Origin: Octopus bimaculoides
Lineage: Eukaryota
Assembly: GCF_001194135.2 (NCBI RefSeq)
Contig: NC_068982.1
Span: forward strand, 161,088,676-161,152,675
Direction: 5' to 3'
Length of the DNA stretch: 64,000 nt
Under the pieces are notes generated by a model that was not told where the DNA came from, did no database searches, and worked only from the letters and a program-made list of their open reading frames with translations. How positions within the stretch are numbered: the first letter of the stretch is position 1; every line of letters begins with the position of its first letter. Below, piece after piece: positions 38,000 through 51,439 of this stretch. The position numbers were made by a program, and so were the translations under genes.

Positions 38000-38840
38000 G
38001 TCTATTTATTCCAAAACCAAAGGGAGTATTATAAGAATACATACACATGCAAAGACTGTATGCTACACAAATATATACCAGTAATACATAAAAGAGTAAG
38101 AGATTCTGCCAAGAGGCTACGATATCCTCCACGCTAGCTCCATCCCTTCAGTGTTCTGTAGGGATGGGTAGATAGAGTTTGGATGATGAGTGTGCCTCTA
38201 GGCTTCATCAGAGGGTCTAAATGTTTAGGAGAGCCGATACATACAAGAGTCAGTTACTAATAGGTACAGTATTTTTTTAAGAGACCATAAGAAGAATAGG
38301 AGCAAAACTTAGAGTGTGAGAGGAATAAAATTTAGTAAAATGGATTAGGTATAGGAAATAGAAATAAGTCATAGACTTTAAATGGTGCCTTCCAAGATTC
38401 ATGTTATTTTGTCCAATATATTCGTTATAGATATATATTCGTTCTAAGGATGAGTTTTTAGGAAGGGTAAATTTAGGCAGTGGTTCTTATTTTGTTTATA
38501 TATAAATACACGTTATGTTTGTGTTTGCAGTGTTAGGTTTGAAACTATGGTTTGAAAGTATGGTCCGTGTTTCAGAGATGGAAGTTTATATATAGGATGT
38601 CAGTTGGTACTAAAGAGAATACGGCACCAGGTGGTGACCAAAGTAAAGTGTTCGTGTTCGTTATTTTTTCGATCAAGTCCGTGAATCCTTGTGTGCAGTA
38701 TGTCATTTTTATATCCCCTCCATTTTCTTTTTGCCGTATAAATTAAGGGTGAACCACTTTTAACCCCCGCCCATATATGACACTCGATTGCGAAATTGCC
38801 ACGCAATAACCAGCACTTGGGTATTAATAATTGGCACACT
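38000..38840 (-). mobile_element. Possible decayed Penelope 3' region (GIY-YIG-like remnant and pLTR)
   Basis: Weak resemblance of KCWLLRGN...IYTAK.K.R to a GIY-YIG start, plus rc CUGAUGA-A-GCC(UAGA)GGC at 38194-38211. Confidence 0.3.
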
Positions 38841-38906
38841 ACCAGCAGTATATTGGATAGGTGCTATCCCTTAGTTGGTTGGCTTCCCAACCTCTAACTC
38901 TTACGG

Positions 38907-38987
<81 letters not shown>

Positions 38988-40079
38988 TACATACATACAT
39001 ACATACATACATACATACATGCATACATACATACATACATACATACGTACATACATACATATATATACACGCACATACATATATATATGTGTATATAGGT
39101 GTATGTGCGTTTATATATAGACACGTATTTTTACATGTATACATGTGTACGCATGTATATATATATGTATATATATAGTATTGAATAAGTTTGATTTTGG
39201 GGTATACATATATATGTATGTACGCCCAAAAATCAAACTATATACACACACACACACACACAAACTTAAAGTGACAACCGAGATGAAAAAAGTACTTAAT
39301 AACTGGGACAGAATTTATGCATTTTAATTTGCTAGGGGCTTCTTTTCATCCTTACTCTGACTTTTGTGTATCTCACACATATAACGATTGGTGAGTAATA
39401 CACGCCCAGTTATGACTGACGACAAAGAGTATCAGCCTCAAATAAAGAAACGTATTTAATCACTTACAATATATACATACCTACGCATACATACATACAT
39501 GCATGTTGATTTATGTATGTATGTACGTACGTACGTAAGTATGTTTGTATATATGTATGTATGCATGTATGTTTTTATGTATGTGAATATGTATGTATGT
39601 ATGTATGTATGTATGCGTGTATGTTTGTATGTATGTAATTCCATCCCTCTTCATTTCCAAGATTTGAAAGCATTTGTATTCTTAGATTGTCGTGTTGACC
39701 TGTTCTACCATATTCCTTTTATTCATTTCATACTCACCCAAAGCCAATTCTATTCTATATCTAAAATACTCGGTTAAGTTATAAATACATGCATTTTATT
39801 GACCTTCTCAGATTTCAGCTACTGTATAGCCTGTCGGTAGGCGCTGTTGGTTATCATAAACTCTATGGTCTTGGAGTCCACATCTATAATACGAACATTC
39901 CTCTCGATAACTTTGCAAAACGTTTTGGATATCCTAAAAGCTTATTTATAGAATTTATGGTGGGACATGAGATTGTTAGGGATTTCGCTTTGTCAGTAAT
40001 TTTTGTGATAGCTGCAGAGTGCAAAGAATTAGCTTAGATGGTTGTAGTTGCTGTTGTTGTCATAGCTGCTGCTGCTTTT

Positions 40080-40125
<46 letters not shown>

Positions 40126-40440
40126 TTGTTGTTGCTGCTATTCTTATTCCCATTTTTTCTTTCTTTCTTCGATTCTATTTTTTTTTTCGTTTGTTTTTCG
40201 TTTCGGTTGGAGGGTTTTTAATCATAATTCTTTCTTGCAACACAATTCTTATTCTTATTTGTTACCCCGAATTATTTATGAAATTCAATAATGTTGAGGA
40301 AATAAACAAATTTAGAAATCTGAAAGGAAATTATTATATTTAGACGTTATTTTAGATGCGTATTTCTTTATTATTAATGATGTTGGTTTATCCATTCCGC
40401 AGTTATGGTTGAAACCAGGGTACGAAATTAAGTAACTGGT

Positions 40441-40882
40441 AGGGCGCGGGCATAGCTGTGTGGTTAAGAAGCTTGTTTACATGGTTTCGGGTTAAAAAGC
40501 TTGCTTACATGGTTTCGGGCTCCCTTGTACAGCACCTTGGGTATATGTCTTCTACCTTAATTACGGGCAGCCTTATGAGTGAATTTTGTAGATGGAAACT
40601 CTGTGAGCCCGTCGTATTAATGTATGTATGTATGTATGTATGTATGTATGTGCATGTGTATGTATGTGTAAATATACATGTGTGCATATGTAAGTATGTA
40701 TGCGTGTGTTTGTGTTTTCCCCACACCACCTGAAAACCTGTGTCGGTTTGCTTACGTTCCTGTAAATTAGCGGTTCTGAAAAGAACCCGATAGAATAAGT
40801 ATTCTGGGCGATATGTTCGACTACGCACTTCAAGGCGGTGCCCCAGCATGACCGCAGCCCAATGACTAAAACAAGTAAAAGA
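40441..40882 (+). mobile_element. Family B CORE-type SINE with a 28-bp internal head duplication
   Basis: Head gggcgcgggcatagctgtgtggttaag; duplication 40462-40517; tail ccagcatgaccgcagcccaatgactaaaacaagtaaaaga. Confidence 0.8.
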
Positions 40883-41289
40883 TATATGTCTGTGGTTGCA
40901 TTAGTATTTAGTGGAGTAGGTACTAAAATATCATCTGCGGTTTTATAATAGCAGTGATAGAATAATTATAATTTCAAGTAGATGAGAATAATGGACAACG
41001 TTCAGAAGGCTTAACAGAACAATAATAATTTATTGGAAGAGGAATTGGTGATAGAATTAAATCGAAGCGTACTTGCCGGCATACCGTGCATAGCATTCAG
41101 AGATAGGGCATAACAGTGTCCTAGATGAATAGAAGGAATGTTCAGGCGCCTTGACATAAGGTCACAAATCCAAATGAGGTGTATGCAGCATATTAAATAT
41201 ATAACACTTACAGTTACTTCATAATGTAAAAATATGGAACATGATAAATGTTCGAACAGTCTCATAATCCGTTATTAAATTCTAGAATG

Positions 41290-44060
41290 TTTCTCCATTG
41301 GAGAAGTCATCGGCGGAAGATTGGAGAAGTCATCGGCGGAAGATTGGAGAAGTCTGTTGACGTAGAGAGCAGGGTCTTGGGATGATAAGTCCACTGGGGC
41401 CAGCATCTGATCCGGCAAGGATAACGGTACTTCGTAATGCAGCTCCACAGGAGAGTATTCAAGATCCTCCTTGACTGCTGAAAGGCAGCCCAAAAGAACA
41501 ATGAGTAGATACTCGCTCCATCGATATTGGTCAGGATAAGCACACATCGCAGACTTCCATTGGCGGTGGAAGCATTCCACCATACCATTTGAAGCTGGAT
41601 AGTGACTAGTAGTCCGAATGCAGCGCGCAACTAGAATTTTCGAAAGCTCATGGAAGAGCTGGGATTCGAATTGCCTACCACGGTCAATGATGATCGTGGT
41701 AGGGACGCCATAGCGCGATATCCAACCCGATATCAGGGCTCGCGCTACCGATTCTGCTGAAATATCATATAAAGGGATAGCTTCTGGCCAACGTGTAAAG
41801 CGGTTGATTCACGTAAGGAGTTACGTAAAGCCTTGACTAACTGGTCAAGGTCCAACAAAAATCAATATGCAAGTGAGTCAGACGAGCGTTCAGGGTGTTG
41901 AACGTACCGAGAGGTGCACGGATCTGCTTATGCACCTTCGATTTCTGGCAGAAAAGGCAAAAATGTGACCAAGCAGTGATATCTCATATTCGACCAGAAG
42001 GATCTAACCGAAATGAGTTTCACTGTGGTTAAAGCGCCGGGATGTGAAAGACTATGCAAAGTGTGGAAAACAGTTCGACGGTGCGTCTATGGAACAAGAG
42101 GACAAGGTGTATCCGTCGAGACGTCACATAACATTTGTGCATCAGAAGTAGGCACAGGCAAGTACTTAAATTTACACGTCGCAAATTCTGGTGAAGCAAG
42201 ATCGATCGACTCTTGGAGAGGGTGATCTGCAGAAAGAAGATAGAGGTCGATATCTGTAGGTGATGACAATGAATTTACATGGAAGCGAGAGAGAGCATCT
42301 GCTACTGCATTCTGTGCACCAGGGATATGACGAATATCATTGGTAAACTGCGAAACAAAATCTAGATGACAAGTTTTGCGAGGCGAGTATCTGTGAGGCT
42401 TAGAACGAAGTGCAAAGGTAAGTGGACGATGATCTGTATAGATCGTAAATTGGCGACCTTTAAGTGAGTGTCAAAAGTGTCTAACTGTCAATTACATAGC
42501 TAGAAGTTCACGGCCGATCGTGCTATAGCAGGTTTCGGGGGTGCTTAAGCTGCCTCGAGAAGAAAGCAAGAGGTTGTACTTACTGCTGGTGATGTTGCTG
42601 CAAAACTGCACCAAAGGCTGTGTTTGATGTATCAACGACCAGCGAAAGCTGGGCATCAGACACAGGATATGTAAAAAGAGAAGTGCTAACCAGCGCATGT
42701 TTAACTTTGGTGAATGCCTCAAGATGAACCAGGTCAAGAGAAATAGGGTCGACCTTCTTTTTTCTATTCCGTAAGAGATCGGACAGAAGAGACATGAGGT
42801 TCGCACAATGTGGAATAAAACGGCGATAATAATTAAGGAGACCAAGGAACTGTCGAAGCAGTCGCAAAGAAGTAGGTGGAGGAATACCCTGAAGAGGTTT
42901 CATTTTATCCGGAAGTGGTGATATTCCGTCAGCGCTGAGGTGTGGCCCAAAAAGACAAGTGAAGACGCACCAAAAACGCACTTCGCAGGGTTAATGCGAA
43001 CTTGAAACTGCTTAAATCGCTTGAAACTGCTTAAAAGTAGGCAGAGGTGAGTGATATGTTCTTCTAGTGAAGTACTCGCAACCAGAATGTCGTCGATATA
43101 GGAGTATACAAAGTCAAAATCGCAATCGACCTCGTCCATGAAACGCTGGAAGGTACATGCAGTATTTCGTAACCTGAAAGGCATAGTTAAAAATTCAAAT
43201 GCCCCAAAAGGGGTAGTCACAGCAGCCCTTGGTATATCAGTAGAATTCACCGGTATTTGATGGTAAGGCTTGACCAAATCCGATTTCGACAAGATAGTAC
43301 ATCCATGAAGAGAAAAAACAAAATCTTGAGCGTGTGCGATCGGATACCGATCCAGCACAGTAATCGAATTCAAACGTGTAAAGTCTCCAGTCGGACACAA
43401 ATCTCCGGAGTTTTTCGGAACCATATGTAACGGAGAGGCCTACGGACTGGAAGAAGGGTGGATGATCCCCAATTGCAACATATGATTGAACTCTACCTTG
43501 GCCGCTTTTAATCTCTCGTGAGGGAGATGACGAAGTCGAGAAAAGACAGAAGCACCCTTGGTTTCAATAAGATATTTGATAGAGTGAGTAGGAGTACTCA
43601 CTACAAAATTCAAATTGGTTAATTCCAGAAAGGAATGTAGAAGCGATTGGTATAGGTTATCAGAAGCAGCAATAAAGAAAACTGGACTGATTGCTGGAAT
43701 CGACGGCCTACGACCAGAAACGGAAAGATCCGTGTTTGCGTCCAATAAACGACGTGCACACATATCCACAAGAAGATTGTAGTGGTGTCAGAAATCGGCA
43801 CCCAGGATAGGATTCGGCAGATCTGCAACGATGAATATCCGCGTAAACTCTCTACGCAAGACCAGATACAGAGAGCGAGAGATTTGGCCATAAGTAGGAA
43901 TATCAGAATGATTGATAGCTTGTAGAGAAATTAGTGGAAGCGGGGGGTTATCCTTAAGAATCTCCGACGGCCAAATACTACAAGCCGCCCTAGTATCGAT
44001 CAAACAGCATGCATGTGAAGTCGAATCAGTAACAAAGAATGGACGATTATGAGTGTGCGC
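41290..44060 (-). pseudogene. Gypsy pol remnant (protease, RT, RNase H, integrase)
   Basis: LIDTRAACS, ADLPNPILGADF, MVPKNSGD..PTGDFTRLN..T..DRYP, YIDDILVAS, LVVDTSNTAFGAVLQQ, FTIYTDHRPL, HIPGAQNAVADALSR, MVECFHRQWKSA. Confidence 0.93.
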
Positions 44061-44119
44061 TGGTGGAGGAGGTGACTTTCTCAGTTCACCAGCAAAGAGT
44101 TTCCCTGCTAAGAGAAAGA

Positions 44120-44911
44120 ACACAGTTATTTACACTAGCATGTGGAAGTACCGAAACGTCTGTGATACCAACAAAACGACGATGAATATGAGGCATAACG
44201 ACGACGTTGCGAAAAAGAATGATTCTATGACCGACATCGAGGAGACTGAGTTCGTGAGACACGTAAGAGTTGCACTTCTCTAGTAAGCTCCAATTTTGCC
44301 TTTAACGTAGCCGCTGAAGTGGGCTCCTGATCCAACGACAACGAAGCAACTTGCCGAAAGGAAGAAGAGTTTGCACGTGGTCCCAACGAAGTAGATGTGG
44401 CAGAATTACCAGTATAATCCATGATTTTGTCTGCAGATGAAGCTAGTTGATCTGCCGAACTGGTTTCTATCATAAGCGCCAAAATGGCCTGAACATTAGG
44501 TGGCAGCCTTGAGAAAAAGAGTTGTTCGATCATTACACTATCTGCCGGCGTATTTTCTGCTAGTTCCTTCATTCGTCGTTATAGCTGTGAAGGCGTACGA
44601 TCACCAAAGTGTTTATCGTTCACTAACGTGCAAAATTTCTGCTCTGCAGATAAAGAAGTCTGTCGCAAGATCTCTGTCTTAACACTGTAATAAGCGACAT
44701 CTGATACCAGGTCGGTATTAAGATCCATAACTGGGATAGCAATGAGTAAAATGTGGAGCTGTTGTGCCTCCGAAGATATGTTATTAGCCGCAAAATGTGA
44801 CTCCATCTGTGCGAACCATATACGAACATCGCCAGTAAAAATTGGCAAGAAGCTGTTACCCATGATAGAAGGACAGTACAATTCTTGAATAAAAAAAATC
44901 AGAAATAGCAC
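44120..44911 (-). pseudogene. Gypsy gag remnant
   Basis: LPIFTGDVRIWFAQMESHF, GDRTPSQL, LFFSRLPPNVQAIL, and CWYHRRFG..C..C..CSF zinc motif. Confidence 0.85.
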
Positions 44912-45676
44912 CTGATCTCACGAAGAATGAAAAGAAGAAATAGTGTCCTTCTACTTGAAAAATGAAAGGTTTTGTTCGCCTGGAGATGAATATACACCGA
45001 ACTGGTGAGAAAAGAGGAATAACTCTTTCATTGAAATTAGCCGAACTGTTAGGATGAGGCCTGGAATCACCACCCAGGACCAAGTGACACTGTTTCGGTA
45101 ACCTTCTGACTTTACTTAGAACATCAGCAACTCCAGTCTTGAAGAGACTGCGAAGATAATGAGTGCTGTCATCCCTTTTCCATTTAATAAAGAAATATGA
45201 CTTGTGTTAAAACACTTCTAAAATCCATATTGATATTTATCTTTCTGGAAGTATTTAAATATGTACCAGTGATACACTGGGAGATATTCAGTAGACTACA
45301 CCTCACCCTTACAAAACATGTCACATGAATTTATTTGCATTTTTATTTTATTGTTTTCTTATTTGTCTTGTCAAGAAAATTCCTAAGTATCAAAGATGTT
45401 TGGCATATAACTACTACTTAATCATTGATTCTTTATCCAGCAGCATCTGTTTTTCTTGCATTATCCAAGCATTTGGAATTCAATTAATCTTATAGATATT
45501 TTATTTATGAATTTTCCACTATACTGCACGATAGTTAGGTTCTGATTGAGGTGCTGGAAATTTGAATAGTTTTCATATCGTTAACTCTATAAAATGTATG
45601 TGCATAGAAATACACATACACACATACATACATACATACATACATACACAAACACAGGCACAAACACACAGACACA

Positions 45677-45749
<73 letters not shown>

Positions 45750-46759
45750 TTAGACGATATTATTCTTAGGTGCTTGCCTTTGTACCAGTGCAAAGTGAGA
45801 CGATGTAGGAATTACTCTACACACTGAGATGTGCCATTGAAGATCTATCACCATATTTTTTTTCCGTCGATCCAAATTGCTTCCGCATGATCTTTCTGAA
45901 AATGTGCACAAAGCAAATTTTGATATTAATAATAACATAGACCGGTAATTTATTTGTCAAATGCATTAATGATCAGACGGAAAAAGATATGGCTGGAAAA
46001 TGAAAGTCAAAGTACTTTGTAGAAAGTATATAAGATACTCCAATTATCACAAAACAACAGAGATCAATCGTTTGGAAAATAGACGCAATAATACCGATAT
46101 TATTGAGAAAACAAAGGTTGTGGATTGGTATAATCAGTATATTGTGGTATTTAGTCATGTTCCTTTAGGTTCTGAGTTGAAATCCTGCCAGGACCGATTT
46201 TCTATTATAGTAGCAAATTATATTTTATTGATGTGTCCTTGAGACTGGATGAAAGTGATGGATTGTTCAGAATCAGTAGAGTAGCGGATGAAACGCGTTG
46301 CGATATTTATTTGCGTATCTTTACAGTTTTTACAGTCGATGAAATAAAGTAGTAGTCAGGCACTGGGGTCTTTTTACGTGGTTGTGTCCTTTCCAAAATT
46401 GCAGATATCAATATTTATCCAGAGTTTTCTCTTAAACTGATTAAAGTGATTTGTTTGCTTAGAAAATATGTTTTGTATAGTATAGGACTTTATGTTTCTG
46501 TTCGTCTGTGTGTATGAGTGTGGGAGCGTGTTTATTATGGTCAGGCTATGCCCTTCTGCATTACATACAGACGTTACCGGTAAGTTCTGATGCACGGCCG
46601 GCGATCATTGGTAAGCAGCATACTGAATCGGTCAACAATTTTTCTTCCTGCTACTTACACTTTCTCAATTAATATGCGATGTGTTGAAATGTCGTGTTAG
46701 AATGATTTTTACAATAGTCAACAAATTAGAGTAACGTGTCATTGGATATGTTTTTGTAT

Positions 46760-46813
<54 letters not shown>

Positions 46814-47489
46814 ATGCGTATGTGAATGTGTGTATTGTGGTCAGGTTATGTCTTGACCAAGGCACATTCACGTGCTCACACAGATGTTATCAAAAGTTTC
46901 ACTGCACAGCAGGACGATCAGCTAATCTACCGAGACCTTCAAAATACTTCGTCAGGCTTTTGTTGAACGAACTTTAGGTTAAATAGAAGCTTTTGAATGA
47001 TACGTGCATTTCAAGGCAAATAATATATCGGTTCAACATGATTAACCTTCAGAGCAACCAATTACTAGCAAAACGCCAGAAAATACGAGGAAAATGTGCA
47101 AACACGTACATTAGAATCGCTTTTGAACAATCCATCAGCTCCTTGACATCATTCGAAGCATCGGTAGGGGTCTACCAGGATATTCTCCCGAATATCTGAA
47201 CATCTTTGCTTTTTCTGTATGACAATGTTTTGTATTATATATTATTCCTATATGCTCAATAAAGAAACAATTATTATTGTTATTCATAAAAGTAATGCTC
47301 TCGAGCAAATTTGGTTAAAAATTTGCGGTCAGTCGCTGACCCTCAACAAGGTAAAATTCACTATGGAGTACTGCTTACATATTTTGAAGGATTGCTGTTC
47401 TGCATACGTATATGTGTGCGAGTTTGTATGTGTATATGTAGAGTAAATTAGGCTGAAACATTGCGTCCGTGTGTATGTGTGTGTTTGTG

Positions 47490-47791
<302 letters not shown>

Positions 47792-47829
47792 GTTCTTTTT
47801 CTTTCTTTAATTTAGAGTAAGGTTTGACC

Positions 47830-48198
47830 CTCCATCTATTTGGTAACAAGGTTATGAAGGACAGTATCTTGTTTTAAACTTCATCCCTTGAATCTTAAGG
47901 TCTTGTAGATTGTTATAGTCCAAAAAATCGTGAATTCGTAGTGCATGAATTGAGGATTTGCATTCCCCCCCCACCAAGTACCTAAGTTCAGCCATACATT
48001 GCTCCAGACGGGTTGATATGTATCCTCTTGCTCCAATAATAATGGGGATGAAGCTGAGAGTGTATCTTGGGTACTAGATTTGCAAACTCCTTATCAGTGG
48101 TTCATAGATACCCTCTTTCTCTTGTATTTTTCTAACCACATTGGTATCCAGAGGACAGCTGATTTCCACAACAGAACATATCATTTCTTTGTTGTTTC
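47830..48198 (-). mobile_element. Older RLE-type (R4-like) LINE 3' fragment
   Basis: rc CSVVEISCPLDTNVVRKIQEK..IYEPLIRSLQI..P.Y..SFIPIIIGARGY parallels the RLE domain of the adjacent younger copy. Confidence 0.7.
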
Positions 48199-48221
48199 AC
48201 ATGTATGCATGTATATATGTC

Positions 48222-48790
48222 GTTATTCAGTTTATTTCAAGATTTCTTGCCAATAGAGAAAGAACCGGTTTCTGACCCAGATCCAAGACTCCTTCTTTGG
48301 AATTTCAGCATCAACAACATGGTATTTTTGTATGTATGTATGTATGCATGTATTCTCATGCTTATAGTTACATGTCTAGACATGCTCATATATATTTAAA
48401 TGATAACTTCTGGAAAGTTTCGCAGATTTTTACAGTTCCAGTGATGGATTACATCTGTAGTCTTCGAATTAGCTTTCTCCTTTCTGGTTTTGAGAAGCTC
48501 TAATTTCTCAAGGTTGGTATTTAGGCAGTGTGTTACATATCCAAGGGCCCCAATAATTACAGGTATAAACCTGACCTTATAATCTAGATAGAATACCTGC
48601 AGATTTCTCAATAGTTCAGCATAGATGTTCTCTTTTTCACTGATCTTCAGCTTTATGTTAACATCCGCTGGGCTGCTAATTTCCACAACTGTGCACAGTT
48701 TCTCTTCTCTATCCCAAATCATTATATCAGGTCTGTTGTGCTTACATTTTATTGGGGTTTTCACTGGTACATCCCACCAGTATTCGTTTT
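48222..48790 (-). mobile_element. R4-like RLE LINE, 5'-truncated copy A, flanked by (TACA)n on both sides
   Basis: EYWWDVPVKTPIKCKHNRPDIMIWDREEKLCTVVEISSPAD..K..EK...Y..L...FIPVIIGALGY (PD-D/ExK RLE). 3' UTR shared with copy B. Confidence 0.9.
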
Positions 48791-48849
48791 TATGTATGTA
48801 TGTATGTATATATACCCTCAGTTGATATAAATTTGGAAATCAGTGAACG

Positions 48850-49340
48850 AAAAGTTACTTAACTTAAAAGCACATGAATTAAATTATTCATTATAACAAC
48901 GTTTAAAAAAACGTATTCAACTTTCTTCTTTGCATGTAAACAGCTAAAAGATATACAAGAATGTGGGTGGTAGTCTGTGATTCATAAAAATACAAAAGTT
49001 AAAAAATTTTATAAAATAACATAAATTCGAGTGAGTTAGATAGAGGTCAGATTTTGTGTTTCCGGCAGGGCTCTTCTTCGTTGAAAATTTCACTTGTTGC
49101 CCTATCCCTTAGCAGTAATCATAATTCAAATGCACAATATTAATGGCTGTTTTCATCCAACCCCCAACAGCAAACTGTTCTGAGAAAACAAACCCCAGTT
49201 AAGATAAGCTTAGCAAGAATATAAATTGTTCAAACAGGATACATTTTTATCATAATGTTGATAACATAATTATATAAAATTATAAATCATTACGAAAATT
49301 AATGCACTTCTCTTGCTTAAATAAAGTTTCCTATTTCTGA
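48850..49340 (-). mobile_element. Possible Penelope 3' end/pLTR remnant
   Basis: rc LYLSKRSAL resembles Penelope LNKRSEL; downstream rc acgaagaagagccctgccggaaac is hammerhead-like. Confidence 0.35.
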
Positions 49341-49347
49341 ATATATG

Positions 49348-49384
<37 letters not shown>

Positions 49385-49485
49385 NNNNNNNNNNNNNNNN
49401 NNNNNNNNNNNNNNNNNNNNNNNNNNNNNNNNNNNNNNNNNNNNNNNNNAGAGAGAGAGAGAGAGAGAGAGAGAGATACACATAT

Positions 49486-49666
49486 ATGGCTGTGTGATAA
49501 GAAGTTTGCTTCCCAACCACATGGTTCCGGGTACAGTCCCACTGCATGACACCTTGGGCAAGTGTCTTCTACTATAGCCTCGTTCCGACCAAAGCCTTGT
49601 GAGTGGATTTGGTAGACGAAAACTGAAAGAAGCCTGTCGTATATATATATGTGTGTGTATATATTT

Positions 49667-49714
<48 letters not shown>

Positions 49715-49920
49715 CCACCCCCACCCCACCATCGCTTGATAACCGATGTCGGTGTGTTTATGTCCCCGTAACTTAACGGTTCTGCAAAATATACCGATAG
49801 AATAAGTACCAAACTTACAAAGAATAAGTCCTGGGGTCGATTTGTTCGACAAAAGGTCGTGCCCCTGTATGGCCACAATCAAATGACTGAAACAAGTAAA
49901 AGAATAAAAGAATAAAAAGA
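49486..49920 (+). mobile_element. Full-length family B CORE-type SINE
   Basis: ggctgtgtgataag..ggttccgggtacagtcccactgc..accttgggcaagtgtc...central (GT)n...atggccacaatcaaatgactgaaacaagtaaaaga. Confidence 0.9.
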
Positions 49921-50405
49921 ATGAGTGTATGTACTATTTAAGGCATTTACGAACGTTTATATATGTATGTGTGCGCGTTTGTATGTGTATGCTTACATAT
50001 AGAGAGTGGGTGAGCAAAGGACAAAGGCATACGTGTATAGGATGATGTGCACGTGTGTGTGTATGTGCGTGTGTATATATGATTATATTTTTATTTTCAT
50101 TATCATCATCGTCGTCATTATCATAATCATCATCATCATCTTCATCATCATCTTTATGTTGATACTGCTTATTGTTTTTGCCCTTCTTATTACAAGCAGA
50201 AACTCCTTAGATCATTACACTGTTTTGCATTAACGACTGCACAAAAAACTACAAGCTTCAAATTGTAATAAATTATGCAAACACCGCTTCTTTGTGTGCA
50301 TTTAAAACACGTTCCCCGATCGACATACTGACATACACACGCAATCAATAATATTTACATACAGATATTGATAATACATACAGGTACATACATCAAACAT
50401 ACATA

Positions 50406-50438
<33 letters not shown>

Positions 50439-50495
50439 ATGTGTGTGTATGTATGTATGCGTGCATATATGTGTGTGTCTATACACACACACATA

Positions 50496-50531
<36 letters not shown>

Positions 50532-50885
50532 TGTATGCATGTATGTATGTATGTATGTATGCTTCACCCAAAATCGAGAGAACTCCGACTCATTAAAAAC
50601 TCGATACGTAATGTATATAGTCTTCGCATCGCATATTCTATTATGAATTATACATGATTTAGAATTTTACATAATACAAAGATATATTGAAACAACTGCG
50701 CATTTCTTTATTCAGGAACTTTCAATAAGCAACATTTGTAATCAAGCTGCCTTGCAAATCATTAACGGTTAACTTCATCTTCTAATGGTAGGAAAACTTC
50801 CGAAGAAATTTTACTCCATTTAATTTCAGTAATTCTATTTCTCCCTAATCTCATTTTTCTTCGTTTTCGTCTTTGTTGTTTACCC

Positions 50886-50887
<2 letters not shown>

Positions 50888-50974
<87 letters not shown>
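50888..50974. repeat. (CT)n microsatellite
   Basis: Direct reading. Confidence 0.95.
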
Positions 50975-50977
<3 letters not shown>

Positions 50978-51439
50978 GAAGCTGATTCAACCCCAGCGTA
51001 TTCTAGCACATATGCGACATATATACATGGTTGTCGCAGAGGTTAATGTTTGTTGCCGATATTACGTAATACAGATTAGATTTCATCTGCTATTTTTCTT
51101 GGAAGTCAATGTATTTGGACTATTTTTAAACCACTGGCCACGATAAGAGTTTGCTTTTTGTTTTGTATTTTGTATTGTTTTTGTTGTTTTTCGCCAGCTC
51201 TTATTGAATCGACTGTATGAGACACTATATCTATAGCTCTTCATTTGCCTTCCTTGTCATCAACATCCCGTTTACAGTTCAGATTAGAAGACTCTCTTGA
51301 GATGTCGGTCGTCGCTTCTACGTATAAGGTACATACATACATATATGCTTCCATGTATACATTCATAGATAGATAGATAGATAGATACATACATACATAC
51401 ATACATACATACATACATACATACATACATACATACATA

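Larger units (their letters stand above)
41290..45075 (-). mobile_element. Gypsy/Ty3 LTR retrotransposon internal region (gag-PR-RT-RH-IN), decayed, no LTRs seen
   Basis: Domain order PR-RT-RNaseH-IN on the minus strand, with many stops and frameshifts. Confidence 0.95.

Noticed and set aside
41297-41354. CRISPR-like direct repeats
   Set aside because: Contiguous tandem units without spacers, inside a eukaryotic retrotransposon.
45060-45075. Gypsy primer-binding site (rc TGGTGATTCCAGG)
   Set aside because: Not preceded by an LTR-ending CA, and the tRNA match cannot be verified.
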